A stretch of 64,000 nt of DNA from Sphingobacteriales bacterium (GCA_038243635.1 JBBSQW010000011.1:28914-92913); one strand, 5' to 3'. Shown: positions 19,732 to 30,140, counted from the first letter of the stretch. A program made the numbers and translations. The notes: generated by a model from the sequence alone, not told the origin.

Positions 19732-20680
19732 CTATCCTTTGTTAATTTGAAAGATATTGGAAGCATACACAACCCTCACTGGTAACCCTTTTTGAATCCC
19801 GGGATTCCATCTTGGTGCATTCATAAGCACTCGTAATGCTTCTCCGTCGCAACCATCTCCTATTCCACTTATAACTTTACCTTCTACTATAGATCCATCT
19901 CCATCTACAATAAACCTAACCGTAACCCTACCTTCAGTACAATTATTTTCCGCCATTTTAGGATATCTTAAGGAATTACTTAAGTAATATGCAACTGATT
20001 CCCTACCACCTTTGAATGACGGCAACACTTCTTCTTGGGTGTAGTTAGTCACTTTTCCTTTATCGTTAATAGTACTTCCTTTTAAAAATTGGTCATTTTA
20101 TATTCAGCTAAGTAAGTTTCTTTACTTTTTGGATTGTATACCTTCCAAATTCCGTTTCTATCCCCTTTTAGGTAATCTTCCTCAACAAGTTCTCCATATT
20201 CGTTTGTAGCTTTATAGATCCCCGTTCCGGTTTTGTCTAAAAAATGATGCTCTAAAGAATCGCTAAGTGCCAACATCTTCTCAAGTTTCGCTTTTTTATC
20301 GTCATAAAAGTAATACACCTTTTTTCGCACACTATCGTTCTGAAAATAATAAGTAGCTATCCCATTTTGGCTTACGGCTTTGTACATTTCTACAGAAAGC
20401 TTTTTTCATTTGGATAATAGTTAATTACCTCGCCCTGATACCTGAGCCTAAAATTATTTGTTAATGAGTTACCAGTTTTCTTTAAGCTTTTATCCACGTA
20501 GTATTCAGTTACGGCATAAGTATTTTCGGGGCTTTTTATCAGACTTATGGTACGAATACAAACAGCACTATCAATAGTACTAACTGGGCAAATGCCATCT
20601 CCAACATAATAAGTACTTGTTTCTTGTGCTTGACAAAACAATACGCTTAGCAGCAGTGCAGTTATAATAAAAGTCTTCAT
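19732..20680 (-). pseudogene. Disrupted lipoprotein gene: signal peptide + MORN/YwqK-like repeats + TonB C-terminal domain, split into three ORFs by two frameshifts
   Basis: ORF 20680-20390 (MKTFIITALLLSVLFCQAQ..NYYPNEKSFL*), then 2 nt, then ORF 20387-20082 (MORN-like YYFQNDSVRKKVYYFYDDKK..GIWKVYNPKSKETY), then ORF 20052-19732 (TonB_C: PSFKGGRESVAYYL...GRVTVRFIVDGDGSI...ALRVLMNAPRWNPG). TonB_C frame is open upstream to just beside the stop of the middle ORF. Both junctions lie in homopolymer runs (A6; T5A4). Confidence 0.5.
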
Positions 20681-20753
20681 AATTTTAAATTCATTTGTCA
20701 ATAGTAATGTTTTTCTGGAATAATCTTTGCCTACTCCTTTCAAAATAATAATC

Positions 20754-21278
20754 ATGAAAAAGCAAATATTAGCATTCACATTTATTGTGTTCTTTATAAG
20801 TAGCTGCGCTACCTTACAATCTATTGTTAAATCAACATTTCCTTACACCGCAACTTTAATTATTCCTGCAAATCAGAGTACTGGTAAAAACTACTCGGCC
20901 ACTAGCTCTGCAAGTAGTCTTGATCAAATTTTTACCGGTAGTAATTCCAATACCGATCAAATTAGTGAGGTACGAATTAACTCTGCAAAAATTGAAGCAG
21001 TAAATCCATCCAACCAAAAGTTGGGTGTATTTAAATCCATCAAAGTTTACCTTTTGAATGGAAATACCGAAGTGATGGTTGCCTCAAGAAACGACATTGC
21101 TTCTACCGCAGGTAATAGCTTAGTTTTAGACATTGACAACAGCAGGTTTTTAGATAGTTATTTAAAAAATGGTCCAGTGCGAGTGCGGGTTGATTACGTT
21201 TTACAGAACAACTTAACAGTGGATTTAAGCGTGAAAGCCAGCTTAGGGTTTAATACCACACCTACTGCCAACAAATAA
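20754..21278 (+). CDS. Lipoprotein of unknown function
   Basis: Start taken at MKKQILAFTFIVFFISSC (lipobox) rather than ORF-track 20727; Ser/Thr/Asn-rich; no recognisable motif. Confidence 0.6.
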   Translation: MKKQILAFTFIVFFISSCATLQSIVKSTFPYTATLIIPANQSTGKNYSATSSASSLDQIFTGSNSNTDQISEVRINSAKIEAVNPSNQKLGVFKSIKVYLLNGNTEVMVASRNDIASTAGNSLVLDIDNSRFLDSYLKNGPVRVRVDYVLQNNLTVDLSVKASLGFNTTPTANK

Positions 21279-21422
21279 AAACAATCACATCTACCTTGAA
21301 AAATCTCAAACAGTAAAAACGGTTTGAGATTTTTTATTTTAGGATACATTAAAGCTGTTATATTTGTGTGTAGCTATTTTTCTGCAATACCATATCAAAA
21401 TTGAAACAAGCTTCAAAAACTG

Positions 21423-21953
21423 ATGAATAAAAGTTTGATTAAAGTTGCTATTGTTGGTCCAGAATCTTCTGGAAAGTCAACCGTTTCTCAAGATTTAGCA
21501 AAGCATTACCAAACACTTTGGGTACCAGAATATTCCCGATTTTATTGTGAAAACCTAAATAGAGATTGTACTTTACAGGATGAACTCAATATGTTTCACG
21601 GGCAGCTTGCTTTAGAAACAGCGGTAGAAAGTATTACTAAAAAAAATATTTTAATTTGCGACACCACTATTCTCACTGTGAAAATTTGGTGCGATGAACT
21701 GTTTGAAGAAACGCCAGCATTAGTTATTGATCAGTTAAAGTCTCACCCTTACGATTTTTACATTCTCTTAAAAAACGATTTGCCTTGGCAAGATGATCCC
21801 TTAAGGAATTTCAAAGGCAGAGGTGATTATTTTATGAATGTTTGGCGTAAAGAATTAAAAGTATTAAATGCTTGTTACCAAGAAGTAGGTGGCTTAGCAG
21901 ACCGAACGACGAATGCTATAAAAGCCACAGACGATTTTTTAAACGCTCTATAA
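21423..21953 (+). CDS. AAA-family ATPase (NadR/Ttd14-like P-loop kinase domain)
   Basis: 176 aa; Walker A GPESSGKST at N-terminus; overall pattern resembles NadR C-terminal nicotinamide-riboside kinase-like ATPases. Confidence 0.55.
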   Translation: MNKSLIKVAIVGPESSGKSTVSQDLAKHYQTLWVPEYSRFYCENLNRDCTLQDELNMFHGQLALETAVESITKKNILICDTTILTVKIWCDELFEETPALVIDQLKSHPYDFYILLKNDLPWQDDPLRNFKGRGDYFMNVWRKELKVLNACYQEVGGLADRTTNAIKATDDFLNAL

Positions 21954-21978
21954 ATTACATTATACTCCCTATAAAAAC

Positions 21979-24810
21979 ATGAAAATTAAACATCTCGCCT
22001 ACTCCATCTTAGCTTCACTTTTTGTAATGGCTTGTAGCCCCAAAGTGAATAACCCAACTACAAAGACAACAAGTGCGATAATCCCAACTGATAGTAGCGT
22101 TATTATTGGCAAACTGCCAAACGGCTTAACTTACTACATTCGTAAAAACGTGGAACCAAAAAGCAGAGCAGAGCTTTACTTGGTCAATAAAGTAGGTTCT
22201 ATTGTAGAAAACGACGACCAACTAGGCTTAGCGCACTTTACCGAACACATGGCGTTTAATGGAACGCGTGATTTCCCAAAAAACGAATTAATTAGCTACC
22301 TGCAAAAAGCTGGAGTTAGGTTTGGTGCAGATTTAAACGCTTATACTGGCTTTAACCAAACCGTTTACCAATTGCCTTTACCGACAGATAGTGTGGCAGT
22401 TTTTGAAAAAGGCTTTGATATTTTAGCAAACTGGGCGGGCTACGTAAGCTTTGATGATCAAGAAATTGACCAAGAACGAGGTGTAATTGTAGAAGAAGAC
22501 CGCCAAAGAGGTAAAAATGCACAAGAAAGAATGAGTAAGCAGTTGCTACCTGCGTTATTAGCAAACTCCAGATATGCCAACCGCTTACCAATTGGTAAAT
22601 TAGATATTCTAAACAATTTTAAATACGACACCATCAAGCAGTTTTACAAAGATTGGTACCGCCCAAATTTACAAGCTGTAATTGCTGTTGGCGATTTTGA
22701 TGTTGCTAACGTTGAACAATTGATTAAGGACAATTTTTCTGATTTAAGCAATCCAGAAAACGAAAGAAAAAGAGAAGAATACGGCATTCCAGATAATGCA
22801 GAACCACTGGTTAAAATAGTAACGGATCCAGAATTTCCTTATAACGTTGCATCTGTTACCTACAAGCACAAAGAAGTTATAGAAAATAATGAAGCACAAT
22901 TAAAAACTAAAATTTTAACCAGCTTAATTAACACCATGCTTAGCAGCAGGTTAACGGAGATTGTTCAAAAAGGAGATGCACCTTTTGTTTTTGCACAGAG
23001 CAATTACGGTGCTTTCCAAGGTGGTTTAGTAAACCTAGATGCTTTTAATAGTGTAGCTGTTTCAAAAGATGCAGCAGGTTTAGAGGCTGCTGTTAAAGCG
23101 GTACTAACAGAGAATGTAAGAATGAAGAAGTATGGTTTTACCGCTACAGAATTAGAAAGAGCAAAAACGGGTTTGCAAACAGCGGTAGATAACCAGTTTA
23201 AAGAGAAAGATAAAACGAAGTCAGCGGTTTTTGTACAACAATATGTGGAAAGCTTTTTAAAGGGGCAACCAATACCAAGTTTGGATTATATTCATAATTT
23301 TTACACCAAAAACCTAAGTGGTATTTCTGTAGGCGAGATTAACAAACTGGCTGCTACCTTTGTTACAGAAGACAATCTGGTTGCCATTATACAGGCTCCA
23401 GACAAAGAAAAAGAAAATTTACCAAGCGACGCTACGTACTTGACGTGGATTAAAACTGCCGGTGATAATGTACAACCCTACGTTGATAATACGGTTGATA
23501 AACCGCTAATGGCAAATAAACCTGTTGCAGGATCAATTGTAAACGAGAAAAAAATCGATGAAATTGGAGTTACAGAACTTACTTTTTCAAACGGTGTTAA
23601 AGTAGTTTTAAAACCTACTGATTATAAAAATGACCAGATTTTATTTACCGCAGCAAGTAAAGGTGGCACTTCTTTAGCATCTGACGAAGATTTTAGGTCG
23701 GCCCAAATGGCAGATGAATTAATTGGAAATTCTGGAATTGGAGATTTCGACGAAAGCCAGTTAGGAAAATTACTGACAGGGAAAGTTGCTAGCGTTAGGC
23801 CGTTCATTGGCACTTATGGCGAAGGCGTTAGCGGTTCCGCTAGTCCGAAAGATTTAGAAACGGCTTTACAGTTAAACTACTTGTATTTTACGGCACCAAG
23901 AAAAGATGCAAGTGTTTTAAAAACACAGCTTGAAAGTATGCGAACTATTCTAAGTAATCGTTTAACGCAGCCAACGGCGGTTTTTCAAGATACTGCTACT
24001 GCAGTTTTAAACAGCTATAAAAAACGAGCACAACAAATTACCATTCCAGAGCTTAGCGAAATTAACTTGGATAAAGCCGTTTCGTTTTACAAACAACGTT
24101 TTACTAACGCAGCCGATTTCGTTTTCACTTTCGTAGGTAATTTTAAACTTGAAGAAATTAAGCCTTTACTTGCGACCTATTTAGGGAGTTTACCAGCAAC
24201 CGGCAATAAAGAGACGTTTAAGGATTTAGGTTTAGAGCCTCTTTCTGGCGATATTACTAAAAAAGTGTACAAAGGTTTAGAGGATAAAGCGAATGTATCT
24301 TTGGTTTATCATGGTAACTACAATTATTCGGATAAAGAAAATTTACAATTAGATGCGCTTAAAGCGATTCTAGAAATTAAGATTTTGGAGCGCCTAAGAG
24401 AAAAAGAAAGTGGTGTTTACAGCCCAAGAGTCAATGTGACTTACGATAATGAACCAAAAGCACAATACAGCGTCGGCATTTCTTTCAGTTGTGCATCTGC
24501 AAATGTTGATAAGCTAATTGCTGCGGCAGTTGATGAGGTAAAAGAACTTCAAAAAGATGGTGCTTCTGCAGATGATATTCAAAAGTTTAAGGCAGAAGAA
24601 GTGCGTCAATTAGAACTTCGGATGCGTGAAAATGGCTTTTGGTTAGGCTACTTACAAAATGCTTACAATAATAATGATGACCCTAAAAAGGTTTTAACTT
24701 ATACTAAAAGCCTAGTCGAGGTAAATAATGCAAGCACTAAAACAGCTGCTAGCAAATATTTGAATACCAACAATTTTATCAAGCTGATTTTATTGCCTGA
24801 GAAAAAATAG
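21979..24810 (+). CDS. M16-family zinc metallopeptidase (pitrilysin/insulinase-like), secreted/lipoprotein
   Basis: 943 aa; signal peptide with Cys (VMACS); inverted zinc-binding motif HFTEH (HxxEH) with downstream E; two M16 halves. Confidence 0.85.
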   Translation: MKIKHLAYSILASLFVMACSPKVNNPTTKTTSAIIPTDSSVIIGKLPNGLTYYIRKNVEPKSRAELYLVNKVGSIVENDDQLGLAHFTEHMAFNGTRDFPKNELISYLQKAGVRFGADLNAYTGFNQTVYQLPLPTDSVAVFEKGFDILANWAGYVSFDDQEIDQERGVIVEEDRQRGKNAQERMSKQLLPALLANSRYANRLPIGKLDILNNFKYDTIKQFYKDWYRPNLQAVIAVGDFDVANVEQLIKDNFSDLSNPENERKREEYGIPDNAEPLVKIVTDPEFPYNVASVTYKHKEVIENNEAQLKTKILTSLINTMLSSRLTEIVQKGDAPFVFAQSNYGAFQGGLVNLDAFNSVAVSKDAAGLEAAVKAVLTENVRMKKYGFTATELERAKTGLQTAVDNQFKEKDKTKSAVFVQQYVESFLKGQPIPSLDYIHNFYTKNLSGISVGEINKLAATFVTEDNLVAIIQAPDKEKENLPSDATYLTWIKTAGDNVQPYVDNTVDKPLMANKPVAGSIVNEKKIDEIGVTELTFSNGVKVVLKPTDYKNDQILFTAASKGGTSLASDEDFRSAQMADELIGNSGIGDFDESQLGKLLTGKVASVRPFIGTYGEGVSGSASPKDLETALQLNYLYFTAPRKDASVLKTQLESMRTILSNRLTQPTAVFQDTATAVLNSYKKRAQQITIPELSEINLDKAVSFYKQRFTNAADFVFTFVGNFKLEEIKPLLATYLGSLPATGNKETFKDLGLEPLSGDITKKVYKGLEDKANVSLVYHGNYNYSDKENLQLDALKAILEIKILERLREKESGVYSPRVNVTYDNEPKAQYSVGISFSCASANVDKLIAAAVDEVKELQKDGASADDIQKFKAEEVRQLELRMRENGFWLGYLQNAYNNNDDPKKVLTYTKSLVEVNNASTKTAASKYLNTNNFIKLILLPEKK

Positions 24811-24854
24811 GTTAAAAAACTCAAAATCAATAGTCTTTTAACCTAATTAATTCA

Positions 24855-24882
24855 ATTGCTTCGGGATAAGCCCCGAAGCAAT
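24855..24882. terminator. Perfect 11-bp hairpin (attgcttcggg/cccgaagcaat), no U-tract; possible M16 peptidase terminator
   Basis: Seen directly; located 45 nt after M16 stop between convergent genes. Confidence 0.35.
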
Positions 24883-25175
24883 CTGTATCAGAATTTCAGA
24901 AACCTATTGATGTTAGGTATATCTTCTCATTCACAGCAATAGCCTTTAAAAAAGATTCTACGATATTGAATTTGTGTTTAGGGAAAGCAAGACTTAATAC
25001 TTCAAGAAGTTCATGCTTAAGAGTAAATGAAAAAGTGGAACTGGATTGGGTTAATTGCAACTACTTCTAGTATTAAAAAAAAGACATATTTAAAACCTTT
25101 TTCCTTCTTGTACATTTTTGTTAGCGGTTTAATGAAAACGAATACAATACCAAAGTAGGGTAGGAAATCCAAAAC

Positions 25176-25217
25176 ATAAAAAAAGGCTGTCTCAATTATC
25201 TTTTGAGACAGCCTTTT
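25176..25217. terminator. Bidirectional Rho-independent terminator (functional for rng on minus strand)
   Basis: aaaaaaa-GGCTGTCTCAA-ttatctt-TTGAGACAGCC-tttt; 11-bp stem; A7 on plus strand equals U7 after hairpin on minus strand, 20 nt after rng stop. Confidence 0.8.
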
Positions 25218-25239
25218 AGCTAAAATATAAGTTTCAAAA

Positions 25240-26790
25240 TTAAAGTTTAATCTCTTCCTCTTTTGCGCTTAAAAAATGAAATTCTGTTAAATGATAGGAT
25301 GATACTGAACGTACCTTAATCCACTGGCTGTATTTAAAAAACCACTTCATTTGTAAAGAAACCAGTCCTTTGGTAATATAAGCCTCAATGTATGGGTGCA
25401 CACATAGTGTTATCCCTTTCTCCGCCTGTTCATTTAGTACATAATCTAAATTAGCTACAATATCATCCATTAGCATAATACTAGCTGTAATCTCACCAGT
25501 TCCATTACAGCTTGGGCATTTTTCATTGGTCACAATATTCATCTCTGGGCGAACCCTTTGACGTGTAATCTGTACCAAACCAAATTTACTTGGAGGCAAT
25601 ATGGTATGCTTAGCCCTATCTAAAAGCATTTCTGATTTTAAATAATCAAAAAGATCTTTACGATTTGGAGCTTTGTGCATATCGATAAAATCGACAACCA
25701 CAATACCGCCCATATCTCTTAACCTTAGTTGACGAGCAATTTCTTTGGCAGCCTCTTTGTTTACCATGAAAGCATTTTCTTCCTGGTTTTCTGGGCTTGC
25801 CGTACGGTTACCACTGTTTACATCAATTACGTGTAATGCTTCGGTATGTTCTACCACCAAATAAGCACCACCTGCAAGATTTACAGTTCTACCAAAAGAT
25901 CCTTTAATCTGCTTTTCTATTCCGAAATGCTCAAAAATTGGTTCTTTACCTTTGTACAATTTTACAATTTTCTCCAACTCCGGAGAAATCTCATGTACAT
26001 AGGATTTTACTTCTTCGTAAATGGCAGGGTCGTTCACATAAACGTTAGAAAATTCATCATTCAAGAGGTCTCTTAGAATGGTTGAAGCTCTTCCCATCTC
26101 GCCCAAAATTCTTTTAGACGGATCTGTATGCGGTAACTTTTTCATCAAAGTTTCCCACTTAGAGATTAGATCTAGTAAATCTTTCTGGATTTCCGCTACG
26201 CCTTTATGCTCAGATACGGTTCTAATAATTACGCCAAAGTTTGCCGGCTTTATGCCTTCAACTATTTTCTTTAGGCGTGTTCTTTCTGTGTTACTTCTAA
26301 TCTTTTTAGAGATTGAAATTACATCAGAAAATGGTACTAATACCACAAATCTGCCCGCAATAGATAAATCTGAACTTAAACGGGGACCTTTTGTAGAAAT
26401 AGGTTCCTTAGCAATTTGTACCGGTAATAACTGATTTTTTGTAAGAATAGACGAAATTTTTCCGCCTTTATCAATATCAGCTTCTTTCTTAAAATTATCT
26501 AATAAATGATCTTTATAAGAATTACCTCTAACTTGCTTGTTAAGTTTTAGTAAAGATTGTACTTGCGGTCCGAGGTCTAAATAATGCAGAAAAGCATCTT
26601 TCTCGTAACCAACATCAACAAATGCAGCATTTAACCCGGGCATAATCTTTTTGATTCTGCCCATATAAATATCACCAACAGCATAGCTGTTGTTAAGTTG
26701 CTCTTTGTTAAGTTCTACGAGTTGCTTGTCTTGCATTAATGCAATCGTTACCCCACTAGAGGTTAGATTGATAATTAACTCCTTTACCAA
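25240..26790 (-). CDS. rng: Ribonuclease G/E family (Rng/CafA-like)
   Basis: 516 aa; N-terminal S1 domain (YAVGDIYMGRIKKIMPGLNAAFVDVG), catalytic DNase-I-like core (VVDFIDM...), Zn-link CPSCNGTG. Confidence 0.85.
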   Translation of the reverse strand: MVKELIINLTSSGVTIALMQDKQLVELNKEQLNNSYAVGDIYMGRIKKIMPGLNAAFVDVGYEKDAFLHYLDLGPQVQSLLKLNKQVRGNSYKDHLLDNFKKEADIDKGGKISSILTKNQLLPVQIAKEPISTKGPRLSSDLSIAGRFVVLVPFSDVISISKKIRSNTERTRLKKIVEGIKPANFGVIIRTVSEHKGVAEIQKDLLDLISKWETLMKKLPHTDPSKRILGEMGRASTILRDLLNDEFSNVYVNDPAIYEEVKSYVHEISPELEKIVKLYKGKEPIFEHFGIEKQIKGSFGRTVNLAGGAYLVVEHTEALHVIDVNSGNRTASPENQEENAFMVNKEAAKEIARQLRLRDMGGIVVVDFIDMHKAPNRKDLFDYLKSEMLLDRAKHTILPPSKFGLVQITRQRVRPEMNIVTNEKCPSCNGTGEITASIMLMDDIVANLDYVLNEQAEKGITLCVHPYIEAYITKGLVSLQMKWFFKYSQWIKVRSVSSYHLTEFHFLSAKEEEIKL

Positions 26791-26918
26791 CAGCTACTTT
26801 TTTAGAAAAGATTGTTAAATACAACCTTTTATCAACAAAGAAAAAAAAACACAAACAGAACATTTACGCTTAATAATTTAAACGCTAATGTTCTGCTAAA
26901 AAGTTCAAAGCTTAGCGC

Positions 26919-27011
26919 CTATTTCTTATTCTTATGTCTGTTTTTTCTTAAGCGTTTTTTACGCTTGTGAGTAGCCATTTTATGTCTCTTTCTTTTTTTA
27001 CCGCTTGGCAT
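26919..27011 (-). CDS. Tiny highly basic ORF (30 aa, MPSGKKRKRHKMATHKRKKRLRKNRHKNKK), possible ribosome-associated peptide
   Basis: Not in ORF track (too short). ATG at 27011, TAG at 26919-26921; 22 of 30 residues are K/R/H; located between rng and a TPR gene. Confidence 0.4.
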   Translation of the reverse strand: MPSGKKRKRHKMATHKRKKRLRKNRHKNKK

Positions 27012-27043
27012 AACTTTGAAATTTAATGTTTTATTTAATTATT

Positions 27044-27898
27044 TTAATTACTTAACTCTTTGATCTTACGATCCACAAATCCTGTTAAACTTGGATCAGC
27101 TGCAAGTTCTTTACTTTTCTGATAAGCTAAAATAGCTTCGGGCTTTTGCCCTAAGTTCTCGTAACTAGTTGCTAAGTAAAACCAAGCTTCTGGTGTTGGC
27201 TTAACATCAATTACAGTTTTAAACCTGTCAATAGCTTTTTGAAACTGACCTGATTTCATTGAAAACATGCCAAGGTTCATATTAGCTTTTTCGTTTTTTG
27301 GGTCTTCTTTAACCACACCCAATAGCAGCTGAATTCCTTGCATAGGGTTCTGAGTACCGCTAACATACGCCACGCCTAATCCAGTTTTTGCATCTAAGCT
27401 ATTTTCATTCAACTCTAACGCTTTATTATAAGCATTAATAGCCTTATTTACTAAGCCTGGTGTAACAGTAGTGTCGGTATTATTTTGGTATCCTGAAGTA
27501 AACCTATCGCCCGTGACCAACCAATTTGCATAATTTGGCTCTGCATTAGCAACTTCTTCGTAAGAAAACGCAGCCGCAGCAGGTTGATTTACATCATCCC
27601 ATTTTTTAGCAAGCTGCTTTTGAAGCTCGATTTTTTTAGCTCCATCCGCAGATTTCGCTTCCTTTTCAAGTTTTTCAATATCAGCAGCTAAACTGGCGCT
27701 AATCATCTGCTTTGATACAGATGTAACGGTTGTTGCACTTACTTCAGCGCTTTGAGTGTTTACAGTAGCACCCGCTTGCATTTCGGTGGCTTCTTCTTCA
27801 CCCTCCTGTTTCACTAAACCTTTGATATCTAAACTGTATAAAACAACCATTAGTACTCCTACTAATCCTATTACAATATATTGTTTAGATTTCATCAT
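27044..27898 (-). CDS. TPR-repeat membrane-anchored protein
   Basis: 284 aa; N-terminal TM helix, C-terminal tetratricopeptide-like repeats (AWFYLATSYENLGQKPEAILAYQKS...). Confidence 0.65.
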   Translation of the reverse strand: MMKSKQYIVIGLVGVLMVVLYSLDIKGLVKQEGEEEATEMQAGATVNTQSAEVSATTVTSVSKQMISASLAADIEKLEKEAKSADGAKKIELQKQLAKKWDDVNQPAAAAFSYEEVANAEPNYANWLVTGDRFTSGYQNNTDTTVTPGLVNKAINAYNKALELNENSLDAKTGLGVAYVSGTQNPMQGIQLLLGVVKEDPKNEKANMNLGMFSMKSGQFQKAIDRFKTVIDVKPTPEAWFYLATSYENLGQKPEAILAYQKSKELAADPSLTGFVDRKIKELSN

Positions 27899-27902
27899 GT
27901 CT

Positions 27903-28202
27903 TTATGCAGTTACAGCTATTTTATTACCATTTTTAACTTTATCAACAAACACTTTTGCTGGTTTAAAACTTGGTACAAAATGTTCAGGGATAATTATTG
28001 CAGTATTCTTTGAGATATTTCTTGCAGTTTTCTCGGCTCTTTTCTTAACTACAAAACTACCAAAACCTCTTACATACACATTTTCTCCACCTACCATTGC
28101 GTTTTTTACTACTTTAAAAAACGCCTCAACAGTCTCTTGTACATCAACCTTCTCTATTCCGGTTTTGTTAGCAATTTCTGCTATAATTTCTGCCTTTGTC
28201 AT
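27903..28202 (-). CDS. HU-family DNA-binding protein
   Basis: 99 aa; MTKAEIIAEIA...VRGFGSFVVKKRAEKTARN signature of HU/IHF fold. Confidence 0.9.
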   Translation of the reverse strand: MTKAEIIAEIANKTGIEKVDVQETVEAFFKVVKNAMVGGENVYVRGFGSFVVKKRAEKTARNISKNTAIIIPEHFVPSFKPAKVFVDKVKNGNKIAVTA

Positions 28203-28336
28203 TTGATCTATATTCTTTTAAAATTATTATGTTGTGCAAAGATTTCGGGTTGCAAAAGTATTGCTTTTAGTTGAATAAGGGAAATAAATAACTTAATTTT
28301 TTATTTCAACATCTTATTACACAACAATTAAGCAAT

Positions 28337-29422
28337 TTGCACCGCATAATTTTTACAAAAACCGAACAAATGGCGTTTAAAAATGAGCTAATAAGCTGGT
28401 ACAGAAACCATAAAAGAGATTTGCCTTGGCGTAACAGTAGTGATGCTTATTTAATTTGGTTGTCAGAAATTATCTTACAACAAACTAGGGTTGAACAAGG
28501 AATGCCATACTTTTTGCGTTTCGCGGAAGCCTACCCTACCGTAAAAGATTTTGCAACAGCGAGTGAGGACGAAATTCTAAGATTATGGCAAGGGCTAGGT
28601 TATTACTCGAGAGGAAGAAATATGCTTAAAAGCGCCAAAAAAGTGATGACTGATTTCGGTGGCACCTTCCCTACTGCTTACTCCGATTTAATTACCCTTA
28701 CCGGAGTTGGCGAATATACTGCATCAGCAATAGCCTCTTTTTCAAGCAATGAGTCAAAAGCGGTGGTTGATGGAAACGTTTACCGGTTGCTGGCAAGATA
28801 TTTCGGCATCAACACTCCTATTAACTCTACACAAGGCAAAAAAGAGTTTCAGGCTTTGGCCGATGGAATATTAGATACACATAATGCTGGCGAGCACAAC
28901 CAAGCTATGATTGAGTTTGGAGCATTGCAATGCAAACCCAAAAACCCCAATTGTGAGATCTGCCCTTTCATCACTTCGTGTTTTGCTTATAAACACCAGC
29001 AGATAAATGTATTGCCCGTAAAATTAAAAACGATCAAAATTAAAGAGCGCTACTTTCAGTTTTTTATCATCACTAACGAAAAAAATCAATTGATTATAAA
29101 AAGGAGAGGTAATGCTGACATTTGGGCGGGCTTATATGATTTGCCAAGTTTGGAGTTCGAAAAAGCAGAATTAGCAATGCCAAGATTTAATGCCTTCGCA
29201 AGTTGGTTTAAACAAACGCCTATAATTTCTAGCGTCTCAGATCAGGTTAAGCACATTCTAACGCATCAAAGGATATTTGCCAACACCGTCGAAATTAACA
29301 CTGATACCAGCGATGTAATTATGCAAGAAGGTTGGATTTGGATTGATTTTGAAGAAATTAAAAATTTCGGAATGCCTAAATTAATTTTTGACTTCCTTAA
29401 AAAAAATCATAAATTGAATTAA
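28337..29422 (+). CDS. mutY: A/G-specific adenine DNA glycosylase MutY (true start probably Met at 28370)
   Basis: HhH-GPD core (LPGVGEYTASAIASF), 4Fe-4S Cys cluster CKPKNPNCEICPFITSC, C-terminal NUDIX-like domain. Confidence 0.9.
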   Translation: MHRIIFTKTEQMAFKNELISWYRNHKRDLPWRNSSDAYLIWLSEIILQQTRVEQGMPYFLRFAEAYPTVKDFATASEDEILRLWQGLGYYSRGRNMLKSAKKVMTDFGGTFPTAYSDLITLTGVGEYTASAIASFSSNESKAVVDGNVYRLLARYFGINTPINSTQGKKEFQALADGILDTHNAGEHNQAMIEFGALQCKPKNPNCEICPFITSCFAYKHQQINVLPVKLKTIKIKERYFQFFIITNEKNQLIIKRRGNADIWAGLYDLPSLEFEKAELAMPRFNAFASWFKQTPIISSVSDQVKHILTHQRIFANTVEINTDTSDVIMQEGWIWIDFEEIKNFGMPKLIFDFLKKNHKLN

Positions 29423-29439
29423 AATTTATCGCTAGAAAC

Positions 29440-29901
29440 ATGTCAGGAATTAATAAAGTTATTTTAGTAGGTCACTTAGGTAAAGACCCAGAAGTGAGGC
29501 ATTTAGACGGAAACGTTTCTGTTGCGAGTTTTCCTTTGGCCACGTCTGAGTCATACAATAAAGACGGAAAAAGAATTGAACAAACCGAATGGCATAACAT
29601 TGTAATGTGGAGAGGACTGGCAGATGTAGCCGCCAAATATCTGCAAAAAGGAAAATTGGTTTATATTGAAGGGAAATTAAGAACTCGTTCTTTTGAAGAT
29701 AAAGAAGGACACAAAAAATACAGTACAGAGATTGTTGCCGAAAACTTTACGCTTTTAGGTAGAAAGACTGATTTTGAGGGCAGTACTACTAATGCTACAA
29801 CAAGCACCACTGCAACAACTGAATCGGAGCCAGAAACTCCAAAAGACCTTGGAACCGGTGAGTTTGTAAAAGACAATGATGAACGAGATTTGCCTTTTTA
29901 A
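29440..29901 (+). CDS. ssb: Single-stranded DNA-binding protein
   Basis: 153 aa; OB fold (INKVILVGHLGKDPEVR...TEWHNIVMW), disordered tail ending DLPF. Confidence 0.95.
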   Translation: MSGINKVILVGHLGKDPEVRHLDGNVSVASFPLATSESYNKDGKRIEQTEWHNIVMWRGLADVAAKYLQKGKLVYIEGKLRTRSFEDKEGHKKYSTEIVAENFTLLGRKTDFEGSTTNATTSTTATTESEPETPKDLGTGEFVKDNDERDLPF

Positions 29902-29918
29902 CTAATAAAATTTTTAAG

Positions 29919-29942
29919 AGCGACTAAAAAGTCGCTTTTTTC
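29919..29942 (+). terminator. Rho-independent terminator after ssb
   Basis: AGCGACT-aaaa-AGTCGCT-tttttt. Confidence 0.8.
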
Positions 29943-30140
29943 ATTCCTGACCAACAAAATCCATTTCAAAACTTGGACTCACTGCCAAGAAAAACTTTCA
30001 AACGGTTTTACGATTTTAGTAGACGACGAGCACAAAAAAATAAAATTTTCTGTAATTTACCGCTTTGCTATGGTTTTTAATTGTAGTAACGATTAACGCC
30101 TTCAAAACAAAAGAATCAGTTAAAACCTAACACCTATTAA

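Noticed and set aside
24855-24882. Perfect 11-bp hairpin as a possible REP or regulatory element
   Set aside because: It is a single copy in the window, located at a convergent gene junction. It is most simply a U-tract-less terminator, and is reported only as a low-confidence feature.
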